Source: Coleofasciculaceae cyanobacterium
GTDB lineage: Bacteria > Cyanobacteriota > Vampirovibrionia > Vampirovibrionales > Vampirovibrionaceae
NCBI GenBank assembly: GCA_036703295.1
Contig: DATNPJ010000015.1
Location: 15,994 to 79,993 of the forward strand
Length of the DNA stretch: 64,000 nt
Reading direction: 5' to 3'
The notes under the pieces were generated by a model. It was not told where the DNA came from. It saw nothing but the letters and a program-made list of their open reading frames with translations, and ran no database searches. Of this stretch, positions 9,818 through 20,224 are shown in pieces. How positions within the stretch are numbered: the stretch's first letter is position 1; every line of letters starts with the position of its first letter. The position numbers were made by a program, and so were the translations under genes.

Positions 9818-12094
9818 TTAAACTGAGGCAGCCTTAGGCGCATTCACCGCGTTCATGGCGCTACCCGCCTTGAACCAGCGGATCTGCTCAGCATTCAGCG
9901 AGTGGTTCAAGCTGAGTTCCTGCGTGGTGCCGTCATTCCTCTTGACCATGACCGGTACCGGCTGACCGGGCTTCAGGTTGCTCAATCCCGTGATGCTGAG
10001 CGTATCGCCCTTGGTGATCCGGTCATAATCAGTCCGGTCGGCAAACGTCAGCGGGAGAACACCCTGTTTCTTCAGGTTGGTTTCATGGATGCGGGCAAAA
10101 CTCCGGGCAATCACCGCTTTGACGCCGAGATACCGGGGAGACATGGCCGCATGCTCGCGGCTGCTGCCTTCGCCGTAGTTCTCATCGCCCACGATGATGC
10201 TGCCGTTTTGTTTTTTGTACTCCATCGCCGCCAACGCCCAGGGAGATACCCCGCGCTCGACGCCGTTGATGACCATTTTCACCGGCTCGGCAGGCTTACC
10301 GGTTTCGGCATCCACCGCACCCAGCAGCATGTTGTGGCTGATGCCCGACAAATGCCCACGCAATGGCAGCCAGTCTTTCCCGGCGGGGGAAATGTGGTCG
10401 GTTGTGGTCTGGCCCATGGTTTTTACCAGCACGGGGACATCCACAAAGTCCTTGCCATCCCAGGGGGCAAAAGGCGCCAGTTTTTCCAGGCGAGGACTGG
10501 TCGGGCTGATGGCCACCTCCACGCTTTTGCGATCGGAGGGCGCTTCAATCAAACCTTCATCGGTAATCATGAAGCCCTGAGGCGGCAGATCCGGCGCGGT
10601 CGGGGGCTGCAATTTAAAGCCGTCCACGCTGTCCGTCACCGGGTTGAAGGTGGTTTTTCCGGCGATGGCCATCGCGGTGACCACTTCCGGGCTGGCGATG
10701 AAGGCCAGAGTCTCGGCGTTGCCGTCGTTCCGCTTGGGGAAGTTCCGGTTGAAGGAAGTAATAATGGCGTTGGTTTCGCCCTTGGGGATATCCGAGCGGT
10801 CCCAGTTCCCGATGCACGGCCCGCAGGCGTTGGCCATCACGATGCCGCCGATGTCGGTGAAGTCTTTCATCTGGCCGTCGCGCTGAATGGTTTCGAACAC
10901 CTGGATGGAACCCGGCGTAATCAGGAAGTAGGATTTCGCCTTGTGCCCCTTGGCTTTTGCTTGACGGGCCACGTTGGCGGCACGCTCCATGTCTTCGTAA
11001 GAAGAGTTGGTACAGCTACCCACCAGCGCGGCGCTCAGTTTTTCCGGGAACTGGCTGTTTTTGACATCCGCCGCGAACTCCGACAGCTTGCGGGCGCGAT
11101 CCGGCGAATGCGGCCCCACCACGTAGGGTTCGAGTTCGGACAGGTTGATTTCCACCACTTCATCGTAGTAGTTCTCGGGATGCTGGAGCACTGCCTCGTC
11201 CGCCCGCAGGTCCGCCGCGTACTGCTCGGCCAGGTCCGCAATATCCGCCCGTTCGGTGGCGCGCAGGTAGGCGGCCATTCTGGAATCAAAGGGGAAGATG
11301 GAAGTGGTGGCGCCCAGCTCCGCGCCCATGTTGGTGATGGTGGCCTTGCCGGTGCAGCTGATGCTTTCCGTGCCGGGTCCGAAGTATTCCACAATTTTGT
11401 TGGTGCCGCCCTTGGTGGTCAGGAGACCGCAGAGGTACAGGATAATGTCTTTCGGGGCCGTCCAGCCGCTGAGCTTTCCGGTGAGATGCACCCCAATCAG
11501 CTTGGGCGCTTTCACTTCCCAGGAAAGTCCGGCCATCACGTCGGCGGCATCCGCGCCACCCACCCCAATGGCGACCATTCCCAGACCGCCCGCGTTGGGG
11601 GTGTGGCTGTCGGTGCCGATCATCAGGCCACCCGGAAAGGCGTATTTCTCTAGCACCACCTGGTGAATAATACCGCTGCCCGGCTTCCAGAAGCCCATGC
11701 CGTATCTCGCGGCGGCGGAGCGCAGGAATTCGTAGACTTCCTTGTTTTCCTCAACGGCGCGTTGCACGTCCTCATCTGCGCCGGAATGGGCACGAATCAG
11801 GTGATCGCAGTGCACGGTGGAAGGAGTGGCCACGATATCCCGGTTGGCCTGCATGAATTGCAGAATGGCCATCTGGGCGGTGGCGTCCTGCATGGCGACC
11901 CGATCCGGGTTCAGCGAGAGGAAGGTTTCGCCACGGATGATGCGTTCGGGGTAGTTTTCCGTCACCAGGTGGGAGAACAGGACTTTTTCGGCGGTGGTCA
12001 GCGCGGTTTTGCCGAAGCGCTCTTTCGCCTTGGCCTGGCTGGCGTTCAGGCCCGCGTAAAACTTTTGGATCTTATCAGTTGGAATCCGCGACAT
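9818..12094 (-). CDS. acn: Aconitate hydratase (758 aa, short mitochondrial/archaeal-type aconitase)
   Basis: Aconitase-family motifs throughout (for example VIGTDSHTPNAGGLG, ...NRNFPKRNDG..., SPRYLGVKAVIARSFARIHETNLKKQG). Confidence 0.9.
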   Translation of the reverse strand: MSRIPTDKIQKFYAGLNASQAKAKERFGKTALTTAEKVLFSHLVTENYPERIIRGETFLSLNPDRVAMQDATAQMAILQFMQANRDIVATPSTVHCDHLIRAHSGADEDVQRAVEENKEVYEFLRSAAARYGMGFWKPGSGIIHQVVLEKYAFPGGLMIGTDSHTPNAGGLGMVAIGVGGADAADVMAGLSWEVKAPKLIGVHLTGKLSGWTAPKDIILYLCGLLTTKGGTNKIVEYFGPGTESISCTGKATITNMGAELGATTSIFPFDSRMAAYLRATERADIADLAEQYAADLRADEAVLQHPENYYDEVVEINLSELEPYVVGPHSPDRARKLSEFAADVKNSQFPEKLSAALVGSCTNSSYEDMERAANVARQAKAKGHKAKSYFLITPGSIQVFETIQRDGQMKDFTDIGGIVMANACGPCIGNWDRSDIPKGETNAIITSFNRNFPKRNDGNAETLAFIASPEVVTAMAIAGKTTFNPVTDSVDGFKLQPPTAPDLPPQGFMITDEGLIEAPSDRKSVEVAISPTSPRLEKLAPFAPWDGKDFVDVPVLVKTMGQTTTDHISPAGKDWLPLRGHLSGISHNMLLGAVDAETGKPAEPVKMVINGVERGVSPWALAAMEYKKQNGSIIVGDENYGEGSSREHAAMSPRYLGVKAVIARSFARIHETNLKKQGVLPLTFADRTDYDRITKGDTLSITGLSNLKPGQPVPVMVKRNDGTTQELSLNHSLNAEQIRWFKAGSAMNAVNAPKAASV

Positions 12095-12503
12095 CGCTCT
12101 GTTCTCCTTTGAAGAATACGAACTGCTTTGCTGTTTTTTGGCCTGTCTCGCCTGTCATCCGGTGCGTTGGCGCCGGAGGATATGGCACTCGCCATTGTAC
12201 TCCGCACAGACTTGGAGTTCAAACCTTGAAAGGGTTTTCCAGTTTTTGCCTTGACGGCTTACAGCCCACTGTTCCGTCCGAGAATTTACTACCATCGTCG
12301 TTATGCCGTTTGTGTTGGCTCCTTTTACCTCCGAAGTCCTTATGCTAGAGTGAAGCTAACGCCAGCCGGGGCTTCAGGGTACGAAAAGCGCCCTGAAAAT
12401 GAAGACCTAAGGACTCACGTCGTATCGGCCCCATATCGGCCAAGAACGCAACGGCTGGGCAAGGCATCAAATAACCAGGTTGTAATCAACAAAGGAGAAC
12501 TTC

Positions 12504-13742
12504 ATGGCTGCCGCCGGTGAAAAGATTACTATTAACCCCGATTTTTCATTGAACGTGCCCGATCAACCCATTATTCCTTTCATTGAAGGGGATGGCATCG
12601 GCGTGGATATCTGGCCCGCCTCGCAAAAGGTGCTGGATGCGGCGGTGGAAGTGGCCTATAACGGCAAGAAGCAAATCGTCTGGAAAGAAATCCTGGCGGG
12701 CGAGAAAGCCTTCAACCAGACCGGCAGCTGGCTGCCTGACGCTACCAACGAAGCGATTAAAGAGTACAAAGTGGCCATCAAGGGACCGTTGACCACCCCG
12801 GTGGGCGGCGGGATCCGCAGTCTCAACGTGGCCCTGCGCCAGATTCATGATCTTTACGCCTGCGTGCGTCCAGTGCGCTGGTTCCAGGGCGTTCCCGCCC
12901 CGGTGAAAGAACCCCAGAAACTGGATGTGGTCATCTTCCGGGAGAACACCGAGGACGTGTACGCCGGGATTGAGTACAAGGAAGGTTCCGAAGAGGCCAA
13001 AAAGGTCATCAACTTCCTGAAAGACAACTTCCAGGCCAACATCCGCCCGGATTCCGGCATCGGTATCAAGCCCATGAGCGAAACCGGCGCCAAACGCTTG
13101 GTCCGTCGGGCCCTCAAGTACGCGCTGGCCAACAACAAACCCAGCGTGACCCTGGTGCACAAGGGCAATATCATGAAGTTCACGGAAGGCGCCTTCCGTG
13201 ACTGGGGCTATGAAGTGGCGAAAGACGAATTCTCTGATCAAGTCGTCACCGAGGCCGATCTGTGGGATAAATTCAACGGCCAGGTGCCGGCGGGCAAAAT
13301 CGTGATTAAAGATCGCATCGCCGACGCCATGTTCCAGCAATTGCTGCTCCGCCCGGACGAGTACGATGTGATCGCCACTCCCAACCTGAACGGCGATTAC
13401 CTCTCCGATGCCTGCGCCGCGCAGGTGGGTGGACTGGGTCTCGCGCCGGGGGCCAACATCGGCGACAACGCCGCCGTCTTTGAAGCCACCCACGGCACCG
13501 CCCCGAAATACGCTGGACAAGACAAGGTGAACCCCGGTTCGCTGATTTTGTCGGGTGTCATGATGCTGGAGCACCTGGGCTGGACCGAAGCCGCCAAACT
13601 GGTGGTCGAAGCGTTCGAGCGCACCATTGCCAGCAAAAAAGTAACCTACGACCTGGAGCGCCAAATGCCCGGCGCTACGCTCATGAGCTGCTCCGGTTTC
13701 GCAAACGAAATCGTCAGCAACATGAAGCTCGTCCGAGTCTAA
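12504..13742 (+). CDS. icd: NADP-dependent isocitrate dehydrogenase (prokaryotic homodimeric type, 412 aa)
   Basis: [31 protein letters not shown] and NLNGDYLSD motifs. Followed by a terminator. Confidence 0.9.
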   Translation: MAAAGEKITINPDFSLNVPDQPIIPFIEGDGIGVDIWPASQKVLDAAVEVAYNGKKQIVWKEILAGEKAFNQTGSWLPDATNEAIKEYKVAIKGPLTTPVGGGIRSLNVALRQIHDLYACVRPVRWFQGVPAPVKEPQKLDVVIFRENTEDVYAGIEYKEGSEEAKKVINFLKDNFQANIRPDSGIGIKPMSETGAKRLVRRALKYALANNKPSVTLVHKGNIMKFTEGAFRDWGYEVAKDEFSDQVVTEADLWDKFNGQVPAGKIVIKDRIADAMFQQLLLRPDEYDVIATPNLNGDYLSDACAAQVGGLGLAPGANIGDNAAVFEATHGTAPKYAGQDKVNPGSLILSGVMMLEHLGWTEAAKLVVEAFERTIASKKVTYDLERQMPGATLMSCSGFANEIVSNMKLVRV

Positions 13743-13765
13743 TTTTCGGATAAATCACCCAAACG

Positions 13766-13800
13766 ACCGCCTGGAGCTTTCCCGGCGGTCGTTTTGTTTT
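13766..13800 (+). terminator. Rho-independent terminator of icd (GACCGCC...GGCGGTC then GTTTTGTTTT)
   Basis: Hairpin plus T-run directly after the icd stop. Confidence 0.65.
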
Positions 13801-13807
13801 CTGCCGC

Positions 13808-13838
13808 AAAAAAAAAAACACCGATCGAAAGACCGGTG
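13808..13838 (-). terminator. Rho-independent terminator of the 13977..15287 gene (minus-strand stem CACCGGUC/GAUCGGUG followed by 11 U)
   Basis: The plus strand shows an 11-A run followed by CACCGATCgaaaGACCGGTG. This is convergent with the icd terminator. Confidence 0.65.
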
Positions 13839-13976
13839 ATGATGAGGAAATTGATAATTAGGGTACAAGCATTGGGGTTAGAAGACCCTTCCAGCTTGTA
13901 CAGTATGTGTCTGCATCGTACTGCCTCCGTTGTGATTACTGACTTGTGATTGATCAGAATTCCGGTTCAAAGCTAT

Positions 13977-15287
13977 CTACCCCTGTTCTTCTTCCCTGAA
14001 GGGGTTGCTGGCCGCGTTGTAACCGGCGATGGCTGGCAGCACCCCGGGGTACTGCTCGTTGTAGACCTGAGCGGTACGGTAAGCCCGGTTGAATGGATTG
14101 ATAGCTTTTTGATCAGTGAGTGTTTGCTGAAGAGACTTGATCTCGTCGTGGTAAAGGGCGATATCCTCGGCATTCCCGGACTTTTTAGCCTCTTGGAGCT
14201 TTTTACTCAGCTCTTGGATCGACTCCTGAAGCCCTTGAGCGGTTGTCTGTCTCTGAGCAAACTCCTGGCGAACTTGAATTTCCCGTTCCCGCATCATCTG
14301 CCGCCAGGCATTCGCTTCATCTGCCGCAGCAGTGTCCGTAGTTCCTGTGCGTTTGGCCTTCGCGAGAGCTTTCTCAGCATTCTTGAGTTCTGTATTGAGT
14401 TCGCGCCAGTCTTTATCGGCAGTCAATCTGGCTCTGAATGCACCCTCATCGCTGACGGCTTTGGCGTTGGCTTTGGTTTCCTCAAAAGTTTTGGACGCCT
14501 TGGCCTTGATGCCTGCCTGGTCTACTTTACCGACAGCAGAAGTAGTCCTGCCTTTCAGCCCACTGGCATAGGCACCGTAGCCTTCGGCATTTTTGACGTC
14601 TTTGAAAGTTTGCCATTCCGAACCGGCAGCTTCCTTGGCGGTTCCAAAGCCTGCCTTAACCCCGTTTTGACCTTGCCGGGCAAATAGCCTCACGGAATCC
14701 AGAGCGGTTATATCGTCTGCGGATTCGATGACTTTTTTACCGGATGAGACGACACCGTCCTTCAACATCAAGTCCTTGGCAGCGCCACCCTTGGTAAAGT
14801 CCGCCCGAATTTTGGCACGAACCCCGGCCACGGTTAGACCGGCACCGATGGCACTGGCACCTGCTCCGGCCGCCCCATCGCGGATCTGATCCAGGTTGTC
14901 ATTTTGCCAGCCTGCTTTAATCTGACTGGCGCCTTCGGCAATGCCCATGGCACTGGCGCCCAAGCCATAGGCCAATAGCGCAGATGCGGCAATGGGCCCG
15001 ATACCCGGAATGAAACACACGCCAATGGTCGCCGCGGTGGTTAACAGCTTTTTCGGATCGGTGACGATGTCCGCGATACTTCCGATGAGTCTGCCCGGCG
15101 CATCGGCCAACCCACTTAGCAGGGTACCTATTTTCTCACCAGCGCTTTTATTTTCATGCTGCTGGGCGTTATAACTATCGTTATTCGCAGAGAATAAGGG
15201 CGACTGCTGGCCGTAAAACGAGGATGGCGGTTGCTTGACGTTGGGTACGACATACCCATTACCACGTCCGTTGACGGATCCAACCAT
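13977..15287 (-). CDS. Hypothetical protein (436 aa). N-terminal Gly-rich hydrophobic glycine-zipper-like membrane segment plus a long C-terminal coiled coil. Function unknown.
   Basis: SD GGGGGA lies upstream of the ATG. Segment GVCFIPGIGPIAASALLAYGLGASAMGIAEGA is Gly-rich hydrophobic. The C-terminal half is K/E/A/Q-rich with heptad-like repeats. The gene has its own strong terminator. Confidence 0.6.
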   Translation of the reverse strand: MVGSVNGRGNGYVVPNVKQPPSSFYGQQSPLFSANNDSYNAQQHENKSAGEKIGTLLSGLADAPGRLIGSIADIVTDPKKLLTTAATIGVCFIPGIGPIAASALLAYGLGASAMGIAEGASQIKAGWQNDNLDQIRDGAAGAGASAIGAGLTVAGVRAKIRADFTKGGAAKDLMLKDGVVSSGKKVIESADDITALDSVRLFARQGQNGVKAGFGTAKEAAGSEWQTFKDVKNAEGYGAYASGLKGRTTSAVGKVDQAGIKAKASKTFEETKANAKAVSDEGAFRARLTADKDWRELNTELKNAEKALAKAKRTGTTDTAAADEANAWRQMMREREIQVRQEFAQRQTTAQGLQESIQELSKKLQEAKKSGNAEDIALYHDEIKSLQQTLTDQKAINPFNRAYRTAQVYNEQYPGVLPAIAGYNAASNPFREEEQG

Positions 15288-15438
15288 AATGCTATTTCCC
15301 CCTATTGTGTACCCTGAAGTCCTGCCCCTAAACCCCTTGGCAGCGACTCTAAATCCCTATCGTTGACCCCTTGTGTTTGTATAAAAACAACGGATTGGAT
15401 TTTTGTGCTAGATGTTGCGGATGTGACCGAAAATACGT

Positions 15439-16581
15439 TTAAACCGATTCCAGAAATTCGGCCAGAATCGTGTTGCTGAGCGGGATGGCCTGCTCGTTCA
15501 ACATCAGGTGTTCGCCCTTCAATATTAAAAATTCGGGCATATATTTGGCTAAAATCCCCGCATAACGAGACCGGAAATCAATGTTATACTGCCGCTCCAA
15601 CGCGGGGATATCGATGCCTTCTGCTTTGCGCAGACCGAAGATGATGGCATTCTCCAGTTGCTCTTCCGGCGGGCAGGGCAAGCTTTCTCCGGCCAGGGGA
15701 TTGAGCAGGTATTGTTGTAAATCGCGCACGTTCTCATAGCGCCGGTTGTCCCAATAGCCATGCGCGGAAGCCCCCAACGCCAGGAAGGGACCATTGTCCC
15801 AGTAGTTGAGGTTGTGGCGCGACGCAAAACCCGGCTTGGCCAGATTGCTGAACTCGTAGCGCTGAAAGCCCGCCTGGGCCAGCATTTTTAGCCCCTCAAA
15901 ATACATTTCCACATGCGCGTCCTCTTCCGGCAGCGGGTAAGCGGCACCCGCCACCCGGACCAGTCGCTCCAGCGGGGTCTGCTCCTCGACTTTCAATCCG
16001 TACATGGAAACATGCTGGACATCCAGCGCAATCACCTTTTGCAGGGTTTCCCACCAGCTTTCCATGGTTTGCAGCGGGATGCCGTACATCAGGTCAACCG
16101 AAATATTGCCCCAGCCAGCGGTTTTCAATCGCGCGACGAAATCCTCAGCCTCCTGCGCCGAATGGATGCGGCTCAGCTTTTTCAGTTCCGGGTCGTTCAG
16201 GCTTTGGATGCCCACACTCACCCGGTTGAAACCTGCTTTCAAGTAAGCTTCCGGTGAATCGGCCATTTCTGATTTCCGGGCGCCGGGGTTCGCTTCCAGC
16301 GTGATCTCGGCATTCGGCGCAAAGGGCAAATAGCGGTTCAGCGTCGCGAAAACCCGACGGTAGTCGGATGCCGAGAGCAGCGAAGGCGTACCGCCACCGA
16401 CATACAGAGTCCGGATGCCTTCAGGCCACCGGTTTGGATCAATCCGGGAGAAGCGCAGCTCGATTTCCCGGCAAACCGCGTCCACGTAGGCGTCCTGCCC
16501 GCCATAACGCGACAGCACCACGTAAAAATCGCAGTAAATGCACTTGGAAACGCAAAAAGGAACGTGGAGATAGAGGTACAT
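15439..16581 (-). CDS. hemW: Radical SAM HemN/HemW-family protein (oxygen-independent coproporphyrinogen-III oxidase-like, heme chaperone)
   Basis: N-terminal LYLHVPFCVSKCIYCDF matches the CxxxCxxC radical SAM motif. The HemN C-terminal domain is present. Confidence 0.85.
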   Translation of the reverse strand: MYLYLHVPFCVSKCIYCDFYVVLSRYGGQDAYVDAVCREIELRFSRIDPNRWPEGIRTLYVGGGTPSLLSASDYRRVFATLNRYLPFAPNAEITLEANPGARKSEMADSPEAYLKAGFNRVSVGIQSLNDPELKKLSRIHSAQEAEDFVARLKTAGWGNISVDLMYGIPLQTMESWWETLQKVIALDVQHVSMYGLKVEEQTPLERLVRVAGAAYPLPEEDAHVEMYFEGLKMLAQAGFQRYEFSNLAKPGFASRHNLNYWDNGPFLALGASAHGYWDNRRYENVRDLQQYLLNPLAGESLPCPPEEQLENAIIFGLRKAEGIDIPALERQYNIDFRSRYAGILAKYMPEFLILKGEHLMLNEQAIPLSNTILAEFLESV

Positions 16582-16635
16582 GCCTACAGATTGTAGCAGG
16601 AGCCGGAGCCATCATGGACATCGGCCCCGCATCAA

Positions 16636-17778
16636 TCAGGGCAGCGCTTCCGAAACCACCCGGTTCTTGCCATCGCGCCTGGCGCGATCCAGCAAGGATT
16701 CCACCTTGGCAAGCAAACTTTGCTCCGTATGCCCATGGCTGCCGTTCGTCGGGACGAACCGAACCGTATAGAGGCCGATACAGGCCGTAATCATGGCATC
16801 TGGCGCTCCCTCGATACGAATCATCCCGATCTGTTGCCGGATGGTTTCGGCCATAGCCATGGTGGCATCCGGAGGCGCTCCATTCAAGAGGATGGCCAGT
16901 TCCGAGTTCCCGTAACGGGCCGCAATGGCATTGCCTTTTGGGGGCGAAAGCTGTTTCAGTAGCATCCCAGCCTGGGCCAGCACGGAATTACCCGCCGAAG
17001 CGCCGTAGTGCTCACCCAGGGCGTGGAAATCATCAAAATCAATCATCAACAGACTCAGATAGCCCTGATTCTGACGGGCCTGAACCAACTCCAGGGTCAG
17101 GTAATCCCGGAAGGCCTGCCGGGTCAGCAGGCGGGTGAGTGGTTCCGTGTTGAGCGGATTAGCCTTGAGCAAAACGGCGCTCTGGATATCCCGGCTGACT
17201 TTTTGGAACAGACCTTCCCGTGGGTTGGGCATGGGCGGCGGGGCGGCAGTAGCCTCGGAGCGGTAAGCACGGCTCAGTGACTCATTCAGATCCCGCTTCC
17301 GATGCTGTTTCTGAACACGCTCCAAGTGATCCGCAAAGTGCAGCAGAGAGGCTTCCGCCATTTTCCAGATCGGCATCACCAGCAGCAAGCGCCAATCGAG
17401 GATTCCGGGAAACAGCGCCGCAAAATCAGTGCTGATAATCTTCTGGCGAAGCCCGATACCGTTGAGACCCGGCATTTGCAAAATCCACTTGGCGATCCCG
17501 GAGATTACCGGAGCCGCCGGCGCCGTGGGGAACCAGCTTCGAAAGTCGGTGGGCAAGTAGCCTTCCACCAGGTTGCTCAGTAGAATAGCCGGAGAGGCCG
17601 CCAGGTGAGCCAGCCCGTCAATGTGGGACCGGACCGGCGCCAGAAGACTGAAGAGTCCCGCCGTGTGCGGGGTGCCGGACCCAAACAGTTGCAACAGAAA
17701 AACAAACCCCAGGAACAAGGTCGCCATCGAAACAAAAAAACGGAGCAGAACGCGCAGGGCTTCCATACCATCCATCAT
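16636..17778 (-). CDS. Membrane-anchored GGDEF-domain protein with a degenerate active-site motif (GNSEL instead of GG[DE]EF)
   Basis: N-terminal TM helices. C-terminal GGDEF fold: LLMIDFDDFHALGEHYG...RYGNSELAILL. Confidence 0.75.
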   Translation of the reverse strand: MMDGMEALRVLLRFFVSMATLFLGFVFLLQLFGSGTPHTAGLFSLLAPVRSHIDGLAHLAASPAILLSNLVEGYLPTDFRSWFPTAPAAPVISGIAKWILQMPGLNGIGLRQKIISTDFAALFPGILDWRLLLVMPIWKMAEASLLHFADHLERVQKQHRKRDLNESLSRAYRSEATAAPPPMPNPREGLFQKVSRDIQSAVLLKANPLNTEPLTRLLTRQAFRDYLTLELVQARQNQGYLSLLMIDFDDFHALGEHYGASAGNSVLAQAGMLLKQLSPPKGNAIAARYGNSELAILLNGAPPDATMAMAETIRQQIGMIRIEGAPDAMITACIGLYTVRFVPTNGSHGHTEQSLLAKVESLLDRARRDGKNRVVSEALP

Positions 17779-17943
17779 AAAACAATTTTCAGAAGCCCGG
17801 CCATTGGGTCACGGCCTGATCATCTTTTTTGTTTAGGCCGAATGTCGGCAGGGTATTACACGAGTGAATCCGACGCTATGAGGTTTCACTAACCACACTC
17901 ATTCACTTCAGGGATGACGTACGCACGTACAGGAGTTCAGTGC

Positions 17944-18195
17944 ATGGAATCAACGTTTGTTTGGGCAAGCGTTTGGACCTCGGTTGCCTTCAGTATTTTC
18001 CTAGTGGTCCCGGTCGCCCTAGAGTTCTTCAAGCGGAATCTGCCGATTCTATTTGGCATCCTGTTAGCAGTGGCCATGATGTATCTGATGGCACCTAACT
18101 CCCCGGAAATACGAGAAGCCTGGCTCCCGCTCAGCCAGGTGCCGGGCAACCTGGTGAACCAGATATATTATTTGATCAGCCGAATTTTTTCCTGA
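17944..18195 (+). CDS. Small two-TM membrane protein (84 aa), hypothetical
   Basis: SD ACAGGAG sits 9 nt upstream of ATG 17944. Two hydrophobic helices. Followed by the terminator at 18223. Confidence 0.4.
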   Translation: MESTFVWASVWTSVAFSIFLVVPVALEFFKRNLPILFGILLAVAMMYLMAPNSPEIREAWLPLSQVPGNLVNQIYYLISRIFS

Positions 18196-18222
18196 GAGCT
18201 GAGAAAGCGGACCGAAACCAAG

Positions 18223-18255
18223 AAGCCCCGATGGATATCGGGGCTTCTCGTGGTT
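18223..18255. terminator. Rho-independent terminator (GAAGCCCCGAT-gga-ATCGGGGCTTC) between convergent genes
   Basis: 11-bp perfect stem with a T-rich tail on the plus strand. Confidence 0.55.
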
Positions 18256-18333
18256 TTGGTATTGGAAATCAGTGACTGATGCCAATAGAAATCAAGGGGT
18301 TGAAAACCTGGCAATCTGAACGCCTGGCTGAAT

Positions 18334-18585
18334 CTAGCCTTTGAGCGCGCGGGCTTTCTCGGCGTTCAGGTCGGTGAAACGCTCCTGGCCTGCGGGAACT
18401 TCCGCATCCATGTAGATGGCGTTGACCGGGCAAACGGGTTGGCAAGCACCGCATTCGATGCACTCATCCGGGTGGATGTAGAGCTGGGGCTCGCCGTCAA
18501 ATTCATAAATACAATCAACCGGGCAAACGCCGACGCAAGCTTTATCTTTCACGCCAATACACGGTTCGGTAATGACAAAAGGCAT
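18334..18585 (-). CDS. fdx: Ferredoxin, 7Fe/2x[4Fe-4S]-type (83 aa)
   Basis: CIGVKDKACVGVCPVDCI and CIECGACQPVCP cysteine clusters. SD GGAGGT lies upstream. Confidence 0.85.
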   Translation of the reverse strand: MPFVITEPCIGVKDKACVGVCPVDCIYEFDGEPQLYIHPDECIECGACQPVCPVNAIYMDAEVPAGQERFTDLNAEKARALKG

Positions 18586-18777
18586 AGTGTACTACCTCCA
18601 ATACTCAATCAAAGAATTATTATGATGATACGAAGCTGATTCAAATGAGGGGTGTCGGAATTGTGAGCATTCTGACTATCAGTTGATACTCATTGCATTA
18701 TAACCGCTTAAATCCGGATGTTTTTGAGATTCCTCATATACTGACGAGCTGCCGGGCTTCGCTTCAAAGGCCGCGCG

Positions 18778-20178
18778 TTATGCCCGAATGGGGCTGCGCT
18801 CGCCTTTGGCAACCGGGATCAGCTCCTCGTAACCTTTGCGACCCATCAGGGCGTAGGTATACTTCTTGGCCAGCTCCACGCCGGGCTGATCGAAGGGATC
18901 GATCTCAAACAAGGCCCCGGCAATGGCGGTTTGCACTTCCAGCAGATACAGCAGTTGGGCAAAGTGGTAGGCATCCACCTTGGGCATGCTGAGCGTCATG
19001 TTGGGTCGCTGGTTGCTGGTAAGCGAAGCGCGGGTGGATTCGAATTCGGCCTGCATCAGGCGGCTGAGCGGCTGACCGTTGAGGTAGTTCAGGTCTTCCA
19101 CATCGCTGAACTGGTTATCAGGAATGATGGTATCCCGATCCGGCTTTTCCACCGAGACAAAGGTAAAGACCTTGTCGTTGGGTCCTTCGTTGAACAGCTG
19201 AACCTGGGAATGCTGGTCGGTCACGCCCACGGCGCGCACCGGGGTCGGCCCCACATGCACCACGTCGCCCTTCAAATCGCTCTTTTTACCGAGCGATTCC
19301 GCCCACAACTGGACGAACCAGTCGGATACGGAACTCAGGCGGTACGAATACGGCATGAAGACCGAAACGTGCTTGCCCCGTTGGTACATCAGGTAGTTGA
19401 TCAGCGCCCCCTGGGCCGCCGGGTTTTGACTCAGGTCCGGATTTTGCAGGATTTTATCCAGTTCCACGATGCCGCGCTGGATTTCCGCCAGAGGCACACC
19501 ACACAGCACCGCCGGCAACAAGCCGACCGCCGAGAACACCGAAAACCGGCCACCCACATCGTCGGGCACTTCAAAAGTTACGTAATCATTCTGATCAGCC
19601 ACCGGGCGCAGTACGCCTTTTTTGGCGTCGGTAATGGCCACAATGCGCTCTTTCACCGCACCGGCGTCCAGGTTCTTTTCCAACCAATCCTTGGCAATCA
19701 TAAAGGCGGCCATGGTTTCCGCAGTGGTGCCGGACTTGGAAATCACCACGAACATCGTGTGGCGAGGATCTAGCATGTCCAGCAGCGGGGCAATCTGGTC
19801 GGAATCCACGTTCTCCACAAAGTAATAGCGGGGCAGACCGCCTCGCTTGGAATCGGGAAGCTGGTTCCAGTAGGGGTTCAACAGGGCTTTCAGCATGGCA
19901 AAGCCGCCCAGCGAAGAGCCGCCGATACCCAAAATCACCATATCGCTGAACCAACCCTTGACCCGGCCCGCGTATTCGTTCAGGTCTTCCAGCAGTTGCT
20001 GGTCGTAGCCCAGGTTCAACCAGCGCTTCCAGCCACCGGTCTCATCCTTGGTGGCATACAGATTGGTGACGATATCCCGGATCCGGTCCCGGTTCTGGGA
20101 AAAAGCCTCATCGAGATCCAAGCCGTGGTCATAGCCGACCTTGTCCGTAGATATGTTCCGGGTATCCAGTTGAATCAT
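18778..20178 (-). CDS. pgi: Glucose-6-phosphate isomerase (ORF is open to 20235; probable start is ATG at 20178)
   Basis: PGI family motifs (for example GIGGSSLG, ...FDQPGVE...) across the full length. Confidence 0.85.
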   Translation of the reverse strand: MIQLDTRNISTDKVGYDHGLDLDEAFSQNRDRIRDIVTNLYATKDETGGWKRWLNLGYDQQLLEDLNEYAGRVKGWFSDMVILGIGGSSLGGFAMLKALLNPYWNQLPDSKRGGLPRYYFVENVDSDQIAPLLDMLDPRHTMFVVISKSGTTAETMAAFMIAKDWLEKNLDAGAVKERIVAITDAKKGVLRPVADQNDYVTFEVPDDVGGRFSVFSAVGLLPAVLCGVPLAEIQRGIVELDKILQNPDLSQNPAAQGALINYLMYQRGKHVSVFMPYSYRLSSVSDWFVQLWAESLGKKSDLKGDVVHVGPTPVRAVGVTDQHSQVQLFNEGPNDKVFTFVSVEKPDRDTIIPDNQFSDVEDLNYLNGQPLSRLMQAEFESTRASLTSNQRPNMTLSMPKVDAYHFAQLLYLLEVQTAIAGALFEIDPFDQPGVELAKKYTYALMGRKGYEELIPVAKGERSPIRA

Positions 20179-20224
20179 CGCGCATCCCTCTGCCTTGGTG
20201 ATAATACCTTGATTGTTAACAAAC

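Noticed and set aside
9902-11653. 583-aa ORF on the plus strand inside acn
   Set aside because: It is antisense to a well-supported aconitase gene. It has Arg/Gly/His-rich composition, which is typical of shadow ORFs in high-GC DNA.
12546-13664. 372-aa minus-strand ORF inside icd
   Set aside because: Antisense shadow ORF. icd is unambiguous.
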